DNA of 64,000 nt from assembly GCF_902459465.1 (NCBI RefSeq), contig NC_047072.1, positions 16,120,001 through 16,184,000 on the forward strand, read 5' to 3'. The notes beneath the pieces are model-generated. The model ran no database searches. It saw only the letters and a program-made list of their open reading frames with translations, and was not told the DNA's origin. Source of the stretch: Asterias rubens. Lineage: Eukaryota. Within the stretch, counting starts at the first letter, position 1; the number at the start of each line of letters is the position of its first letter. Of the stretch, positions 37,196 through 64,000 are shown piece by piece. The position numbers and the translations under genes are program-made.

Positions 37196-37312
37196 GACAT
37201 GGGTGGACCATGGGCGGACCATGGGCTGACCATGGGCTGACCATGGGCTGACCATGGGCTGACCATGGGCTGACCATGGGTGGACCATGGGTGGACCACT
37301 GGCTGACCATGT
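37196..37312. repeat. ~11-bp repeat (ccatgggctga) in the MAP3K7 3'UTR, coinciding with the array breakpoint
   Basis: About 9-10 imperfect copies beginning ~70 bp after the MAP3K7 stop codon. Confidence 0.85.
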
Positions 37313-37379
37313 GAGCACCAGTAGCAGTATGTGAAGTCAGGCAAAGGGTTGTTTGGAGTTGATCTCAATCATCAATTGG

Positions 37380-54827
<17,448 letters not shown>

Positions 54828-56553
54828 CTCTGAGATTGTTTACCTTCATTTATTTACAAAGAGTTTCATGTTCGATAACTTTACTCCACTACATCATGAC
54901 TTCCTGATGACACAGTGCACACAATGCATTCAGACAGTGTTCTGAATAGTAACTCGTCCCATGACTGGCTCGTCCTTCCGAATAAAGCATGTAGTTACTG
55001 ACTCGACCGGACCAGCTCTGCGAATTTCCCTATACACCCACACAAGCATGAGGTCGTCATGTGTCTGTTAATGGTGTTATCAGCGCTGCAATAGGACGAC
55101 TTGGCCCGTCATACAGATATTTTGCAGACGGCAGTCAAGCTGGTTAAATCATACCGTAGGAGGGCGTGCTGTAGCAATTTACAACTGACGTCTTGGGCCA
55201 AATTGTGTGGAAACTGCTGGATTTTGTTTTCTGATAAAACTACTGGACTTAATAACGCTTGTGATTTTTAACCCAAATTAATTGAGAATTATAACAGCTG
55301 GACTTACCCCTTGTGTTTTTTCAACTAATGGCCAAAATCTGGGTCGAAGAGTGACCCACATTGGGATTAGCATTCTCGTTTAGGATGTGTCAATGAGCTA
55401 ACAACTAAAGTTGGGCTTTGATTTGTTAATATTATTTTTAAAAAATACCTGCCCCACCCAAACAATTTTTTTTTTAAAATAAAACATCTCTAATGACATA
55501 CATGAAGGTAACACAAGAAATTTGACATTAAAGTTTTAATATCAAAGAACAGTTTACTTGGTTCTTCGTTCTGGTTTATTTCTCTGTCAATATTTAACAT
55601 TCTAAACTTCTCAAGAAACGGTTCCTTCTACAAGAAACCATGAACATAAAAGTGCTCACTGCTTACAATGGATTCTCATAGCAAAGTGCCAGGCACAGTC
55701 AACTTTTGTACCATGTTTTTTCTATTTTCATTGACTGAGCTGAGAAACTATAAATGAGGGCATTTTTGCTGAAACATTGCATGACTGTACCCTGTCCAGT
55801 AATTTTAAAATTTACATGAATGGACTTAGAAAAGAAAAACAAAACCTGTAATCTTCTGTCAAAATGGCAACACAACATGATATATAAAAAACACATAATT
55901 TACTCAAGTTACTCTCATGACTTGATACTGACTTGGTGCAGAATCGGTCAAGTCTATAATAGATGCAAACGAATAGTTAATGGTCTGACATTTTGACCTT
56001 GGCAGAGTCTTTCCCTCATTCTCCAAAACACCTCCTTCACCAAGATGTTTCGACTTGGATAAAGATTGGTACATGTATGCCTTATAAGTTATAATGATAA
56101 GTGTATTTGGTTTGTTCCAAATCCTACAAAAATCAACAACTTCCTGCAGAAGATTTTGGAGAATTTGAACCGTGAATTGCTCTGAAGAATGTTTTGACCA
56201 CCAACCAGATTGGTTAGGTTGTTCATAATATAATATCATAGAGTGTTTGGCAATTACATGTACACAGTACTTCTGAGCAGTCATTAATAACTTATTGTTC
56301 ACTCAATGAAATAACTTACTAAAAACCGAGTTAAAGAGTTTTACAGAAATAGTTATTTCACCTAACATTAAAGTTTTGTAGTAAAAGTTTTCTTTACTCT
56401 GTTTCAAATGTCATTAACTTAAGAAAGAAACAGGTAGCGTGTTTTACACAAATAGGTCAATGTTTTCTAATATTTTTTGGTTGTTAAGTTCTTCCCTCAA
56501 ACACAAATGGAACATTCAGGAAGACATCACATGTCACCTGGATGCATAGTAGT

Positions 56554-63197
<6,644 letters not shown>

Positions 63198-63262
63198 TTT
63201 GGGGATTTATTTGGAATATTACCACACGTCGAACTGGATATATCGCACTATCAACACACACG

Positions 63263-63275
63263 TTTCCGCGCCAAA
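63263..63275 (-). promoter_or_regulatory. E2F-type site upstream of RBBP4
   Basis: tttccgcgccaaa contains TTTGGCGC on the minus strand, ~70 bp upstream of the ATG. Motif match only. Confidence 0.5.
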
Positions 63276-64000
63276 TCTAACGCCGTTGTTCGAGTGTGTC
63301 ACACATTGCTTAGATGGTAACCAAGCTCATCTGTTAATTTGCGTTTGAGTTAACAAAGTACCAGTGGAAACGTAAAGAAAGTCAAGAGAGGGCGCTTAAC
63401 CAGTTGTCTGTGATGTGGATCTCGAAGGAAAACCACAGACATGCCGGGGGAGGTGGGGGGGGGGGGGGGGTGGCTACACATACCCATGCACATACCGACC
63501 CACAATTTGGGCGTTATTGGTATTTTTGGAATTTCGAGCAAAAATTGTGTTTTAAAGGCAGCTCGACGAAAATAATAGTCTCCCAAGATAGATAAAGTTC
63601 CTTATAGGGTTAGAGTTAGGGAACTGTACTTGCTGTGGGATGGAGGTAGCTCCATGTTGTAGGGGGGGGGGGGTTGTGATTGTGTGGTGCAACCACAATT
63701 TTTATTAGAAAAACTAAAACATGTATATTGTGTATCATTTATATACTTTTACTGCAGCATTTTATTTCACACAGGGCCAAGCAGTTATGGATTTCACTTC
63801 GCCCCTTTAATACATTCTTGCAAATTAATTTAATGTTTACATTTTAATTAACACTTGACACTGAGAAGTGCATTGCCCAGCAACCTTACTATGTGTCTGT
63901 ACTAACGAACCAAAGAATCATAAATGTTTTATGCTATTCAAGGGTTGTTTGTACACGGCCCCTCCACTTGACTCCCTCGTACCGTAGGACTTAGACCTTC

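Larger units (their letters stand above)
21673..37215. repeat. Tandem segmental array, ~4 units of 4.0-4.25 kb at high identity
   Basis: Exon-copy spacings are 4251, 4028 and 4241 bp. Unit 2 lacks a ~220-bp block present in units 1, 3 and 4. The recurrent junction ccatgggc|gtgtctg lies at 24696, 28715 and 32966, and the array ends at 37215. Segment 18194-18958 is homologous to 25151-25914. Confidence 0.95.

Noticed and set aside
63606-63620. Telomere-like gggttagagttaggg
   Set aside because: Only two imperfect units; expected by chance.

Overview
This is animal nuclear DNA, not prokaryotic: AT-rich, intron-rich genes with GT-AG splice sites. The protein similarities and repeat content suggest an invertebrate deuterostome, probably a sea star (inference only). 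Most of the supplied ORF track is spurious; I rebuilt the genes by hand from splice sites and reading-frame continuity. Left to right: (1) REPS1/2 orthologue on the minus strand, 11 coding exons, running off the left edge. (2) A complete SLC22-family transporter on the plus strand, head-to-head with REPS. (3) Penelope-like retroelement relics with hammerhead-ribozyme-like motifs. (4) A ~150-aa secreted Link/C-type-lectin-fold-like gene whose last coding exon, together with the convergent MAP3K7 3'UTR, is amplified as a 4-copy ~4.0-4.25 kb tandem array; copies 2-4 lack the signal-peptide exon. (5) Complete MAP3K7/TAK1 on the minus strand, 18 exons, ~693 aa. (6) Complete RBBP4/7 on the minus strand, 11 exons, 430 aa. 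Introns are packed with minisatellites, SINEs, LINE relics and TTAA/TAA/TA-flanked MITEs. The three most unusual observations are the orphan terminal-exon array, five independent tandem duplications centred on splice junctions (including nine stacked acceptors in REPS, eight of which lead to a stop codon), and an intact minimal hammerhead ribozyme motif. All coordinates were counted by eye and may be off by a few bases. No database search was run.
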